Assembly (NCBI GenBank): GCA_040437565.1
Contig: JBDOQK010000005.1
Span: 682,001-746,000 of the forward strand
Source: Albugo candida
Taxonomy: Eukaryota
Length of the DNA: 64,000 nt
Reading direction: 5' to 3'
The position numbers and the translations under genes are program-made. Shown here piece after piece: positions 24,413 through 37,388 of this stretch; positions within the stretch are counted from its first letter, which is position 1; every line of letters starts with the position of its first letter. The notes beneath the pieces were generated by a model. The model ran no database searches. It was not told where the DNA came from and was given only the letters and a program-made list of their open reading frames with translations.

Positions 24413-24645
24413 ATTATTCTTAGCCCTTCATTCAAGGGCTGACTGACACTTCAGCGCACTCCAATGGATGACTGCGCAGCGATACTTACCTCCCAAAATG
24501 ACGTGGTCGTTGCTGCTTCGCAAAAGAGGGTGCATGAATGAAAAGAATCAAGCTCAGGGCACCCTTCTGCCAAACTGTGACATCTCATTCAATATTTTAC
24601 CGGAAGCATCTCCCGGTCTCCCATAACTCGTATATTTCGTAGAAG

Positions 24646-25559
24646 ATGACGCTAGGCAGAGCAATCACGGCTCGTTTCACAGGATTAACAAAGAAGAAAG
24701 ACAGCACAAACCTTGCCAAGGAGAAAAGCTTGTCGCCACAATGTAGTCTTAATGAAATTGCGGAGAAAAAGAAGCGATTCTCACGTCCTCTGCTTAGCAA
24801 AAGAAGTAAGACAGTATTAAAGGCATGTGATACGACTAGTAGTGATGACACCTCCAGCAGTATGGAGCCTGATTGTACATTCGACGCGAAGACTTGTTCG
24901 GACTCGAAGCGCAAAAAGACTCAGCGATTTCGTCCGGCTCTGTCCAAAGTTAACTTGGAATCCAGAAAGGTGAAAGTTGGAGACACCATTCAAGTCTTAT
25001 GGCGACGTGTTTCTTCGTCAAAATTATCGACAAAATCACCATCAACGTCTCCTNNNNNNNNNNNNNNNNNNNNNNNNNNNNNNNNNNNNNNNNNNNNNNN
25101 NNNNNNNNNNNNNNNNNNNNNNNNNNNNNNNNNNNNNNNNNNNNNNNNNNNNNAAAGGCATGTGATACGACTAGTAGTGATGACACCTCCAGCAGTATGG
25201 AGCCTGATTGTACATTCGACGCGAAGACTTGTTCGGACTCGAAGCGCAAAAAGACTCAGCGATTTCGTCCGGCTCTGTCCAAAGTTAACTTGGAATCCAG
25301 AAAGGTGAAAGTTGGAGACACCATTCAAGTCTTATGGCGACGTGTTTCTTCGTCAAAATTATCGACAAAATCACCATCAACGTCTCCTGATTCAGATGAC
25401 GATTCGGAAGAAGAGTCATATGTAAAAGAGGAAGATTTTTCACTTTACGATGAGAACGTAGACGAACTTCTCGAGCTGCTGCAAATTCCGTCTTGCCTCT
25501 CTGTTTCGAGGACACCTCTGATCGCACTCGTCCCGACAGCGTGTGACAGCTGCATTTAG
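24646..25559 (+). CDS. Hypothetical Lys/Ser-rich protein (~192 aa after collapsing the gap duplication)
   Basis: The ORF is continuous once the 235-bp duplicate and 100 N are removed. Basic N-terminal half and an acidic patch DSDDDSEEES. Confidence 0.55.
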
Positions 25560-25704
25560 TAATTTGGAATTAAGAAAGTAATCGTTGCTATTAGAGTTAT
25601 CAAAAAGAGCCTTTGCCATAGTGCATCTTTGTGCGTATTATATAACAACGACATGCGCGCGAAAAGTTGGTGCCGCCCGCAATCGACCTTGGCTCAAGTA
25701 CTTA

Positions 25705-25971
<267 letters not shown>

Positions 25972-26203
25972 ATNNNNNNNNNNNNNNNNNNNNNNNNNNN
26001 NNNNNNNNNNNNNNNNNNNNNNNNNNNNNNNNNNNNNNNNNNNNNNNNNNNNNNNNNNNNNNNNNNNNNNNNNAAGAAAGTAATCGTTGCTATTAGAGTT
26101 ATCAAAAAGAGCCTTTGCCATAGTGCATCTTTGTGCGTATTATATAACAACGACATGCGCGCGAAAAGTTGGTGCCGCCCGCAATCGACCTTGGCTCAAG
26201 TAC

Positions 26204-27920
26204 TTAATTATTTAAATACTTACTCATCAAATATGACGTGGACGGATTGAATCCTTCCACTTTCGCGTGCTTTTTGCGAGATTGCTCTAATTGATTTCTC
26301 ACCTGCTTAGCCAGAACTTTGCCCAGCTCTACACCCCATTGATCGAACGAGTTGATTCCCCAAATTGCTCCTTGGACAACAGTTCGATGTTCATAGAGTG
26401 CTAGCAATTGGCCACAGGAAAATGGATCGAGTTTCTCGAAGAGGAGGGAAGTTGAAGGTCGATTTCCCGGGAAATATCGGTGGGGCTGAAGAGCTTTTGG
26501 CACTCCCTCATTTTCCAGCTCCTTAATAGTTTTTCCATAAGCTAATGCATCTGGCTGGGCGAAAAAGTTGGACATGAGCTCGTCGTGATTAGACACTGGT
26601 TCGTCATCTTGCACGATCGGTTTCTGGCTCTCAGAGAACCCGATGAAATCACAGGGAACGATACGACCCTGGTGAATCAGCTGATAGAAACTGTGTTGCC
26701 CGTTGGTTCCAGGCTCGCCAAAATTGACTTCTCCAGTGGAATATGGTAAGTCGAATCCTTCCACACTTACACGTTTTCCGTTACTTTCCATATCGACTTG
26801 CTGAATGTGGGCTGCAAAGCGAAGTAAAGCTTGCGAATACGGCAGTAATGCGCGCGATGAATGGCCCAGAAAAGTTGAATTCCAAATTCCAAATAGACCC
26901 AGCAATACGGGAATGTTGGAATGCAATGGGGCATGCACGAAGTGCATGTCCATGTCATGTGCTCCGCGCAGAAAATCGCTCATTACATCAAAGCCATACT
27001 GGAGAGCAAGAGGTAATATACCGACAGCACTTGTGACGCTGTAACGACCACCGACCCAGTCCCAAAATCCGAAGACATTCTGTTCGTTAATTCCGAACTC
27101 TTTTACTTTCGGAATAGCTGCGCTGACAGCAATCATATGCTTACTAATAGCGTCTGATGCGTTGACTCCTTTTGCTGCTAAAGAAACCACAAGCCATTTT
27201 CGCAGTGTGCGAGCATTCAACATTGTTTCTGCCGTTGTGAAGGTTTTGGAAACGACAACAATCAGAGTTTCTTCAGGATCCAATCCTTCGGTAGCTCGAG
27301 CCACATCCACAGGGTCCACATTTGCTAAGAATCTCAAAGCCCGACCATCTGCGGCAGCAAATGCCTCTTTGTCATATCTCAACGCTTCGTACACAAACTC
27401 AGGTCCGAGGTAGCTTCCACCAATCCCCACTGATATCACATTCTTTAGCTTTTTTCCTGTCGCACCTTTGAATTCTCCTGAGCGAATAGAATCGCTAAAT
27501 GCCTTGATTGCTCGTAAGACGTAATGAACTTCCTGAACAATGTTGATTCCGTCCACAATGAGCTCCTTATCAGCAGGATACCGCAAAGCCATGTGCGACG
27601 CCGCACGATCTTCGGTCACGTTTACGTGCACACCTGAAGTGATAGCTGTCTACAATAAAGCATGAGGATCTATGGGTTTGGATATTGGCGTTCCTTACAA
27701 TTTTCTCACGTAATTTCGCTTCATTAGCGAGCGCAAAAAGCAGCTCAACCGTTTCCATGGTTGCGTTTTGTCGAGCATAATCGAGCACGATTGATCCGTG
27801 CTCCGTGCGAAAAGCTTTTGCACGATTTTCATCTTTCAGTAAATCGCGCAAATGTGTTGTGCTTTTAATCAACTTTGCGTGTTCTTGCAGTTGCTTCCAA
27901 ATCAATGAATCATTAATCAT
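26204..27920 (-). CDS. GPI: Glucose-6-phosphate isomerase (2 exons, intron 27650-27698, ~555 aa)
   Basis: Motifs [53 protein letters not shown] and [13 protein letters not shown] 49-nt GT-AG intron joins MINDSLIW...REKI to [15 protein letters not shown] in frame. Confidence 0.97.
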
Positions 27921-28150
27921 TTTCAGAAATGACTCGATCAGAATTATGGAATCGAGTCTGATATTGCAGCATTTTATACCCCGGCAAGAAGGATTTGTGT
28001 CATAACAGCAACTGTGCAAGAAAAATAGAAACATGGTCAGCTTTTTAATTGTTTAATCGTGCTGACTCAAAAGTCGAATTCGATAAAACCGGCGCTACTG
28101 TTGCTGCATCGATAAAGTTCGAGATATCCACGCTCGCCATAGCATCGCAT

Positions 28151-30907
28151 ATGGCTGCAAAATATCGAACGCCAGAGACTTTGACATCCGATCGGACTGC
28201 TGGAACAGTCCAAGCAATATTGTCCCACTTTGTATTTGAATCTATCATGGCTTGGGAGCTCTTTCTTCGGGTGATTTTCGTGAGTCTACCAGCATTCATT
28301 ACGGAGCGCTTCAAGCAATCCAATTTGATCATCTCCTATTTCTTTGTATACGTCATGCTGCAGGTGCGCATGCACTTGAATCATTCCTTGCTTGCTAAGT
28401 ATTTCACCGCATAGGCTTTAGCTATTTTGTGGGGATTTCTGCAGAGCATCGGAGCAGTATTCGGTTCCAACATGATAAGCATATTGACAATGCCGCTACC
28501 ACAAACAGCTTGTGTGCTTGTTATCTACTCCAGTGTCATTGGATTGGTCTTATCATTTGGTCGTACCACCTGGATACTCACTTGGCAATCTCTTGACAAC
28601 TTTCCATTCATTCGACGAATGCTGGCTCATGGATGCCGTCCTCAAAGCGCCGTTCTAGTGGCAGCTCTCCCTATGCTTCTTCTGCTTTGCTGTATCCTGA
28701 TCGTTCCATCGATTTGTTTTCACAAAGATAAGAATGTTTCGGATTCATCTGATCCTTACATGAAGCTCATGTGCGAAAACTCATTTTTGCAATTTCTCAC
28801 AAACAAATATCCCGTCTTTCAGCGATCCCTACGATTGTCAACTTCCATCGCGATGTTCCAGTTTGTACAGGCTTGCTTGATTTTCCTTCCCAAATGGAGG
28901 CATGCCTTGGCCAACATCTCATTTGGGACAGCCAGCTTCTTACTCATTTATCTTATCCTGTTGAATGCAGCTGGAATCATTTGGTTTTTGGAGTGGCTTG
29001 GTCGACACTTTGAATATGCTGAATTCACGCCTCTGAGTCGGCTTTCCGATACGCATTGGGAACAATTCGGCACAAGTTTGTGGCTACTTCTTCTTCTATG
29101 GATGCTGCTTATGACATCTCGCACATATCAAACAGTCCAAACGTGTCAAAGCAGTCAACGTAAACTTGCAGATTTATTTCAAAATCTCAAACTGACGTTC
29201 GTCTTCGGCCAAGCAATCATTTTCTGTCGAGCTTGTATGCATCCGCAGATGGGTTTTGTCCACGCTCAACTCGAATTGACCATTATCAACCTCATTCTTC
29301 CCTCCATCTACGTATTTGCGCTAATTTTTCTTCGCGTGGTGACTCTAGCGAGTGCTAAATCTGTCGCGATCAGCTTCCCCCTCGCTATCGGCTTCAGTAG
29401 CATTATTTATCGTGGATCCAGGAAGACCGAAAGACCCCATTCCTTTGTTGTTGTGGGCTTATTCACGTTTTGCATACTTCTCAATCGAGCGGAATTTTTC
29501 ATGTCGAATCAGCATTCAGGCCGGTTACCGTCGATATTGGCAAGGATCTTGCAATCATCAGGCGTGGGGCTACCAAATAAGCCGACGATAGGCCACCAGG
29601 CTGCCAAAATTTTAGTTTTTATGGCGTTTGTGCTTTTTTCGATCTTCGTTACAGCCTTGATCATGTTCAGCGTATTATCAGTCGTACAAAAAAGCAAACA
29701 ATGGTATCCTGATGCCACCTCTGTTTTGTTCGAGAACAACTCGATTATTATCGACCACACATCGATTGTAAAGCTTGAGCTACAACTTGCTGATAATCAG
29801 TCTATACCCATGCAGCAAGAATATCCAAAGTACGCAAGCTGTACCAATCTTTGGCATGGATTGAGCTTGGTTGATTTTGCCCTTCTCTCCCAAGCTGCTT
29901 ATTTGGATCCATCCTCTGATGATGTCGCCATATTTGTTTCCAAGTTATTTGATCAAGATACAGAGATAGTGGAAGTTCGCTTACCGCCTCAAAATACGAA
30001 AACTGGATCACGATTGGATTTTTATGAGGTCTACATGCCGAAATACAACACAAGTGTGATTTCTGTCAAAGGCACAGACATCTGGCGATTCACTGATTTT
30101 GTAGAAGATCTCAAAATGTTTTTTGAGCCTGTCATTTTCAACATTTTGTCGACCATTTTTCCTACTATCCGCATTTGGCCAGATGTAACATTTTCAACTC
30201 TGATCGAGTTGTATCATGAACTGATTTCTTTATTTGGACTTGAGCATGATTTCTGGTACTATCACGAATTGGTGGAGTATACAAATTCCATTAAAGATCG
30301 GAATGTCATACTAACAGGGCATTCGATGGGTGGTGCAATCGCTCGTATCGTTGCTTCCATACTAGGCAAGCAGTCTATCACATTCTCGCCTCCGGGTTTT
30401 GTACAAAGTTACAGCAAGCTTGTCCACACGTTTGGGGGTCGGGAATACAAAGTTGAACGATCAACACTACATCAATTCAATATCGCTGTCATCCCGGAAT
30501 ACGACCCAATCACATTGATTGACGTCCAAGTTGGATTGATACAAAAGATTTCATGTGCTACCCCACATTTATCAATGCAACTTTCCTGTCATATGCTTGA
30601 AGGCACACTATGTAATTTGTTAGAGCATTGCGGGGATCGGAAAAAACGTATTGCAGGGTGTGTCTTTACGCATACTATCACAAGCGCAACCATGAATTTT
30701 TTCTCAAAATTCAAAGGACATGTCTCTCCAAACTCAATATCACTGCTCGCCATGTTAACAGCGATCATTCTTTCCATTGCGGTACGAAGAGGGTTAGCAG
30801 CAACACCAGAGAAGTACCCAAAGCTTCAATCAAGCAGCAATTCTGCACTTATCCGAAGAAAATCATGCAATATCACACTTAAACGACGACGTCATCGGGG
30901 CCAGTGA
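28151..30907 (+). CDS. Multi-pass membrane protein with a C-terminal class-3 (Atg15-like) lipase domain (intron 28364-28414)
   Basis: Many hydrophobic segments, then ISVKGTD, the nucleophile elbow ILTGHSMGG, ITFSPPG, PEYDPI and CHML. The upstream exon joins in frame via GTGCGC...CATAG. Confidence 0.8.
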
Positions 30908-31052
30908 CCTCTACTCGTAAGTCACATCATACTTACGATGAGTGACCTCAGCAGGGTCAGAGTGTGCGATACCAACATACTTGTGGAAGTTTTCTGTGTA
31001 GTATATCAAAGCATAGGAATATTTGGCAAAATGCGGCAGAAGCGCATGTATT

Positions 31053-32069
31053 CTAGTCGTTATGTAAGTGATTCCCTCCAAGACCTATCACGTTAGGAAC
31101 GGCATTTTGCTGAAGTGTTGCAACCTGTGGATCACAAAGATATTTTCTTGAAGCAAAAAACGTAAGAGACCTATTCCAAAGCGCACAACAACAAGCATTC
31201 GTACAGTATTCGAGGTGTCGCCAGAGGCCGACTGATTTTCCAGCCCCGGATAGCAGCAATTGATGGGTAAATGTCTACAAAGAGATGATGATGGCCAATG
31301 GAATCTTACTGGGTATCCACGAGTTCCTCACCTTCCAAAAAGTAGTACGTGTGACCGACGATTATACCAATCAGATCCGTTGTGGCGCTATTCCCCAATG
31401 CGAGTGAAAATGAGAGCAGTACCCAGGGAAGATAAGGTGCTGTGAATGGAAATAAGCCAAGAAAGCTCATTCGAACTTCGCTATTACGTCGTCCCCATAT
31501 ATAGACCATCATAAATGTCAAAGAGGATCCCAAAAAATGAACATTGATGAAGGGAGCGACCAGCTAAACAAAACCAAGTTACGACTGAAAATGAACCGTT
31601 GACGAACTCTTAGAGGTCGTACAATCATCAGCGCTGCACCAAACAGTAGCATGTAGACAAAGTCTGCTGGACGATTACGGAAAGAACCTTCTTCCAAAAG
31701 TCGACAGTAGCGAACCCTTTGAATAGAAACCGATTAGTGTCAATGTAACGCGGAGCGAATTAGACACGTGAAGTACTTACACAAAGTACATATGGAACAA
31801 AAAGTCCAAACTAAGCAATCCGAAAAAGAGAAAGTTGGATACCAGACGCCATATCTGGAAAAAGCGTGTGAGTAGTCTAGCTGTTGCATTCGACGAAAGC
31901 ATGATACTCAAGCAACCTGGCCTTTGTAGAAAATAAGATTGAAATTATAATACAGGGAGAACGGAGAAATAAGGTCAAGTGCACAAAGTGCTGTTGTGAG
32001 AAAGCATCCTGTCAAATATAACCTGGAAATGATTGGTATGTCATAATACCATTCCAATGGATCATTCAT
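31053..32069 (-). CDS. DERL2: Derlin-2-like ERAD membrane protein (multi-exon)
   Basis: Exons read [73 protein letters not shown] and [12 protein letters not shown]. Confidence 0.9.
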
Positions 32070-32859
32070 TTTCGCTGTTAAAAATGAATTCAGAGATGTA
32101 AAACTTGGGCAAGAAATTTACCGGCATTGCTCACTAAAGTTGACATCATTAAACTTAGGAGAGAGAAACATGANNNNNNNNNNNNNNNNNNNNNNNNNNN
32201 NNNNNNNNNNNNNNNNNNNNNNNNNNNNNNNNNNNNNNNNNNNNNNNNNNNNNNNNNNNNNNNNNNNNNNNNNCAAGACATTTACCGGCATTGCTCACTA
32301 AAGTTGACATCATTAAACTTAGGAGAGAGAAACATGATCTACACTTTGATATGCAAGCAATCATTATGGAGCGCTTCGTTCGAGCGCAACTAGTTATCAG
32401 CAACAGCAATCTACAACCTCAAATTGTCCGTACAGCACAAACAAGCAGTGTATTGCTCAGGACGAAGGAACTATAAGCAACAAGAACGGCCGAATCAAAA
32501 GAGTGTCATGGACCACACTTGAACCATTTTCATCAACAAACCTGGTCAAATGATGGCACAGCATGCAACGCACGATTTTCTACAAAAGCTGTGCTTGTCA
32601 GAGGTGCGACGTGCTACCGCGTTGGACTTGAAGAATCCATAGAACTAAATGTTTTGGCTGTTCTCGTTAGTGTCCTTTTTCAGAGAGACAAGCAGCACAT
32701 GAGATACGCTCTGGTCAACCGCACTACATTTCAACAGAGAGCAAAAAATAATCATTATCAAATCCTTCTGTCACTTCAGTGTTGTAGAGCAGTGCTCGAC
32801 TGTTTTTTCCTTTTCTCTCTTTCGCTCCTTGCTGCCAACTGATTGTCGTAACGAGGAAC

Positions 32860-35800
32860 TTAGCTGTAATCCTTGGCTTCGAATTTGCTCAGTGAGAAAT
32901 ATGTGACTTTCACAACGTTTCCACCGAACTTGCGCCCGCATAATGCCTAACACAATGATTAGAGATTCAAATTTGATCCAAGTTGATCAGTACTGCGCTT
33001 GGTACTTGCCTTTAGCGCTGCGGTTGCCTCTTTGGTGTCAGAATATCGAACAAAAATGTTTCCAGTACCAGCAACATCTTCCTCATCCTTGTAGCCTTGT
33101 GAGTCACATGCGATCAATTAACATCGGTCAAACGCGTACCTGAGGTCGTGGTATATCGAGAGCAAGAATCGTTCCAAAACGCTTACACTCTTCTTCGACG
33201 TCCTCCTTCAAATCGGCAAATTCCTCGTCGTTCTGAAGCTCATCTTCTGACACCATATTAGCCTACGAGCCGAATAATGAACAAATAGGACAATATTTAT
33301 GCGACGCTATTACCATTTTCAATACGGGTCCAGGATCTTCGCCCGCAGCGCCTGGAAGCAGGACGGCGATCTGTGGATACTTCGTTGCGTCAGGTGCACG
33401 CCGTACACTCAATTTGACACCGCCGATATCAAGCCCATCCAAACCATTCAGGGCATCTATGGTCACTTGATTCTCCTGATATTCNNNNNNNNNNNNNNNN
33501 NNNNNNNNNNNNNNNNNNNNNNNNNNNNNNNNNNNNNNNNNNNNNNNNNNNNNNNNNNNNNNNNNNNNNNNNNNNNNNNNNNNNCCTGGAAGCAGGACGG
33601 CGATCTGTGGATACTTCGTTGCGTCAGGTGCACGCCGTACACTCAATTTGACACCGCCGATATCAAGCCCATCCAAACCATTCAGGGCATCTATGGTCAC
33701 TTGATTCTCCTGATATTCAAAAATGGCGCTTCCTGTTGATTGACCCGTCATGGGATCCTTTATCAGTTTGAAAAAATTAAGTTCTCCAAATGGTTGTACT
33801 AGTTCTTTTACTTGTTCTTCGGCCAGAACGCTGGGAATGTTGGACATCAGCAGCTGTGCGGCGTTTAGGTCTGAGGGAAGCGAGGCCAAAGACTCTGCTA
33901 AAGCAGTTGCAGACATAAGTGAAGACGTCGACGANNNNNNNNNNNNNNNNNNNNNNNNNNNNNNNNNNNNNNNNNNNNNNNNNNNNNNNNNNNNNNNNNN
34001 NNNNNNNNNNNNNNNNNNNNNNNNNNNNNNNNNNTCCAAATGGTTGTACTAGTTCTTTTACTTGTTCTTCGGCCAGAACGCTGGGAATGTTGGACATCAG
34101 TAGCTGTGTGGCGTTTGTGTCTGAGGGAAGCGAGGCCAAAGACTCTGCTAAAGCAGTTGCAGACATAAGTGAAGACGTCGACGAGGACAGATATCCATTG
34201 AGCCCATTTCCAAAAGTGGCTGCAGTCATGGAATCCATTCCCAACGAGGCAACATCAGGAGACGCAAACCAAACTGGATTTGGTGTGCATCCCAGGTTCA
34301 CCAGAGCAGTCTGAGTTCGTGCTGAAACAATGGGCATCGGTTGAGGTGGTCCCATAAAACTTCGTGGTCGTCCAAACTTTAACGGTTGCCCCAAAAGAGG
34401 GAGTTGATTTAGCAAGAGAGCAAGATTACATTCCTCTACTGATCTCATCTCACAAAATGCAAAATGGCCATCCGTTGAAATCCATACACTTAAAATTGGA
34501 TTGCCAGGTTGCGTTGAAAGACCAACTTGCTGGATAATTGTTCCCAAAAATTCTTGCAACTGCGGGCCGGTGATGGTGGCGGGGAGATTCCCAACATACA
34601 ATTCTCGAGCTGGTTTCATGGCCACAGCTGCAGCCATTGTAACATTCGACGCTTGCATTTTTGAGATGATATCCTGCAAACTAAGGGTCGGATATTGCTG
34701 CATGAGCTGTGTGATACTTGGAGTTCCATCACCAGAGACAGGAGGATGCTCGTGTGGTTCCGGAGAGCTATTTGCGTCTCTCTTTTTCTTCCCTTGTTCT
34801 GATTTGGACCGATGGCGCTTCACACGACTCGCGCTACGACTACGACTGCGGCTATCACTACGTCGTTGATGACGACCACGATCCCTACGTCGGCTTCGGG
34901 AGCGTCGTTTAGAGATCGATCTTGATCTTGAGCTATGATGCCGATGACGAACACGTGATGAAATGGAATGGGACTTTCGCCGACCAGCACGTCGACCACG
35001 TCGTGACCTCGAAAACGACCGAGAATGATGACGAGATTTGGATCGGGTTCGGGAGATAGAAGGTGATTGAGAAAGCAATCGGCCGTGTCGAGTTTTTTTT
35101 GGACCCCCTGGTCCTCGTTCATTTCCTGGCTCTCTCTTTTCTTTCGCGCTACTTGATTTATTCGATTGCACCGACTTATTTTCAGCATCGTTCGATTTCG
35201 GTATGCAAACAGCACTTTTCTCATCCTTTGTAACTGGTGCCTCGCGGTTCTGATCGTTTTTTGATGCATCGGATTCCTCCAATGCCTTTCGACTGGGTGT
35301 TTTTTTATTAGTAGAAGGTGGTGACATGTTTGACTTTGGATCAGCTCTTGTTTTAGTTCTACTGCTTGACTTAGATCGTTCTGATTTATGTCGTGCTTTT
35401 CGGATTCTTGAAGCTGAGCTGGAACGATGATTTATTTGAGAGGCATCTGAGTGCGGGGATTGAGAATGGGATCGACGACGGGAGGACTTACGTCTGCTCC
35501 TATTCGCCCGTCGGTCCCGATCTCGACCCCGACCTCTTTCTCCGCGTGTTTGGTCTCGATCGTAAGCTCTTGAACGAGATCTGCGGCTTCGACCGCTTTC
35601 TTTTCGAAACTCGCGAGTTTTGCTCCCACGATCTCGACTAGAGTGCCTCGCTGAGCGCTTTGTTGACGACTGACGGTGATTGAAATCAGACAGCTCACTG
35701 CTGCGATCATAGTCCCGAGATGACCTTTTCTTCCTTTTTTCTGACTTTAAGTGATCTTTTTCATTTCGCTCGCTCTTTTTCCTCTCTTTCTTCTTTTTAT

Positions 35801-35984
35801 CATTCAATTCTCCGTTTCCTGCTCGATCTTTCTCGCCTTCTTGTCGAGAATGATCGCCTTCAAAATCATCGTATTTCTTGCGTTTATTTTTATCCCATCC
35901 AGAGGCGCGCAGCTTCTCTCGAATCGCTCGTTCCTCTGCGTCATTCGTTGCTTCTGAGCCTTGGGAATCTTGATCCCGGGCCAT
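32860..35984 (-). CDS. U2AF2: U2AF large-subunit (U2AF65-like) splicing factor with long RS region, RRM1, RRM2 and UHM
   Basis: RRM1 ARELYVGNLP...FAFCEMRS; RRM2 QVKELVQPFGELNFFKLIKD; UHM LKMANMVSEDEL...EDVEEECKRFG...GNIFVRY...LCGRKFGG. There are three 3' introns and two gap duplications inside the gene. Confidence 0.85.
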
Positions 35985-36725
35985 TGTCAGTCGGTACAGT
36001 GAATCACAAAATACAGATCGCAAGTAAAAAATCAGTTTTTAATAAAATTGCTGTTAAGGAAAAATAGATTTAATTTGTCTTCGCATTGCATCGCTTCAGC
36101 TTGTGCATGAGTCAGTGCCTGGTCGATCGCTTTCCTCTTTTTTTATGCTTCACAATTCTTGTTTGGATTCAGCTTCCCTGCGCCAGAGCTCACTTTCTAG
36201 TTTCTAAACCGATGCTAGACGTGATCTCAATCCCGGATTAGTGATGGTCGCACATTTTTCTATCATATGAAGTATGGCATTCAGGTCGCAAGTTCAAGCA
36301 ATAACATTCTTACTGTAGAATTGGGGCTTTGGGTCTTGCAAGGCTACATGATAGAAGATGAAAATACATTTTTCCTTCACGCAGCTATCGTAGGAGATGT
36401 CCATTATAGCGGGGTAGGCCGGATACGTAATGACACAATTGTGATCATAGAATTGCTGCACTCCATCAATCGTGGCCGCGCATGGCCCATGATGCGTTTC
36501 TATAAACCCGCGCTTTTTCTCATCATTCTGATAGGCGAAATGATGTCACGACGAGACGTCNNNNNNNNNNNNNNNNNNNNNNNNNNNNNNNNNNNNNNNN
36601 NNNNNNNNNNNNNNNNNNNNNNNNNNNNNNNNNNNNNNNNNNNNNNNNNNNNNNNNNNNNTTTTTTATGCTTCACAATTCTTGTTTGGATTCAGCTTCCC
36701 TGCGCCAGAGCTCACTTTCTAGTTT

Positions 36726-37388
36726 CTAAACCGATGCTAGACGTGATCTCAATCCCGGATTAGTGATGGTCGCACATTTTTCTATCATATGAAGTATGGC
36801 ATTCAGGTCGCAAGTTCAAGCAATAACATTCTTACTGTAGAATTGGGGCTTTGGGTCTTGCAAGGCTACATGATAGAAGATGAAAATACATTTTTCCTTC
36901 ACGCAGCTATCGTAGGAGATGTCCATTATAGCGGGGTAGGCCGGATACGTAATGACACAATTGTGATCATAGAATTGCTGCACTCCATCAATCGTGGCCG
37001 CGCATGGCCCATGATGCGTTTCTATAAACCCGCGCTTTTTCTCATCATTCTGATAGGCGAAATGATGTCACGACGAGACGTCAAAAGGTTCGACGTCGAG
37101 ATTGGAGCAGGGACAGCCTTGCACGACCGAGTCTACCATTTCTCCAATTGTTTTCCATTTTGTCTGGTTGAAGTGCTGATTGAAAAATACAGCATTTTCT
37201 TCCGGGTTTCTTTCCTGGAAGCTGTCGAATGCAGGACTGAGTTCGGAATATTCGACTTCAGCTTGGAAGTTTGTCTTCATGCAGCTTGTATAGGATACCT
37301 GGAACGCTGCGCTAAGATAACCATGCCCCGTGACTGCTGGCATATACGACGCACTCAAAATCGGCAACATTTTTGAGAAGGTGTTCAT
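36726..37388 (-). pseudogene. AA17-like secreted copper LPMO paralog with in-frame TGA at 37068-37070
   Basis: 21-aa leader then mature His1 (HGYL); GFIETHHGPC; NC...YPAYPA; SYDSC; FYHVALQDPKPQFY|KKC. The 54-nt intron (36782-36835) sits at the same position as in the neighbouring paralog. Confidence 0.8.

Noticed and set aside
32280-32850. Small gene between derlin and U2AF
   Set aside because: The open frames lack a convincing start or homology; probably UTR or promoter sequence.
36140-36560. Apparent third LPMO copy
   Set aside because: It duplicates 36661-37082 across a gap.
37068-37070. Selenocysteine recoding of the LPMO TGA
   Set aside because: The position aligns to Leu, not Cys, in the paralog, and no SECIS was recognised.
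36267-37376. Plus-strand 151-aa and 195-aa ORFs
   Set aside because: They are antisense shadows of the LPMO paralog, whose motifs and intron are on the minus strand.
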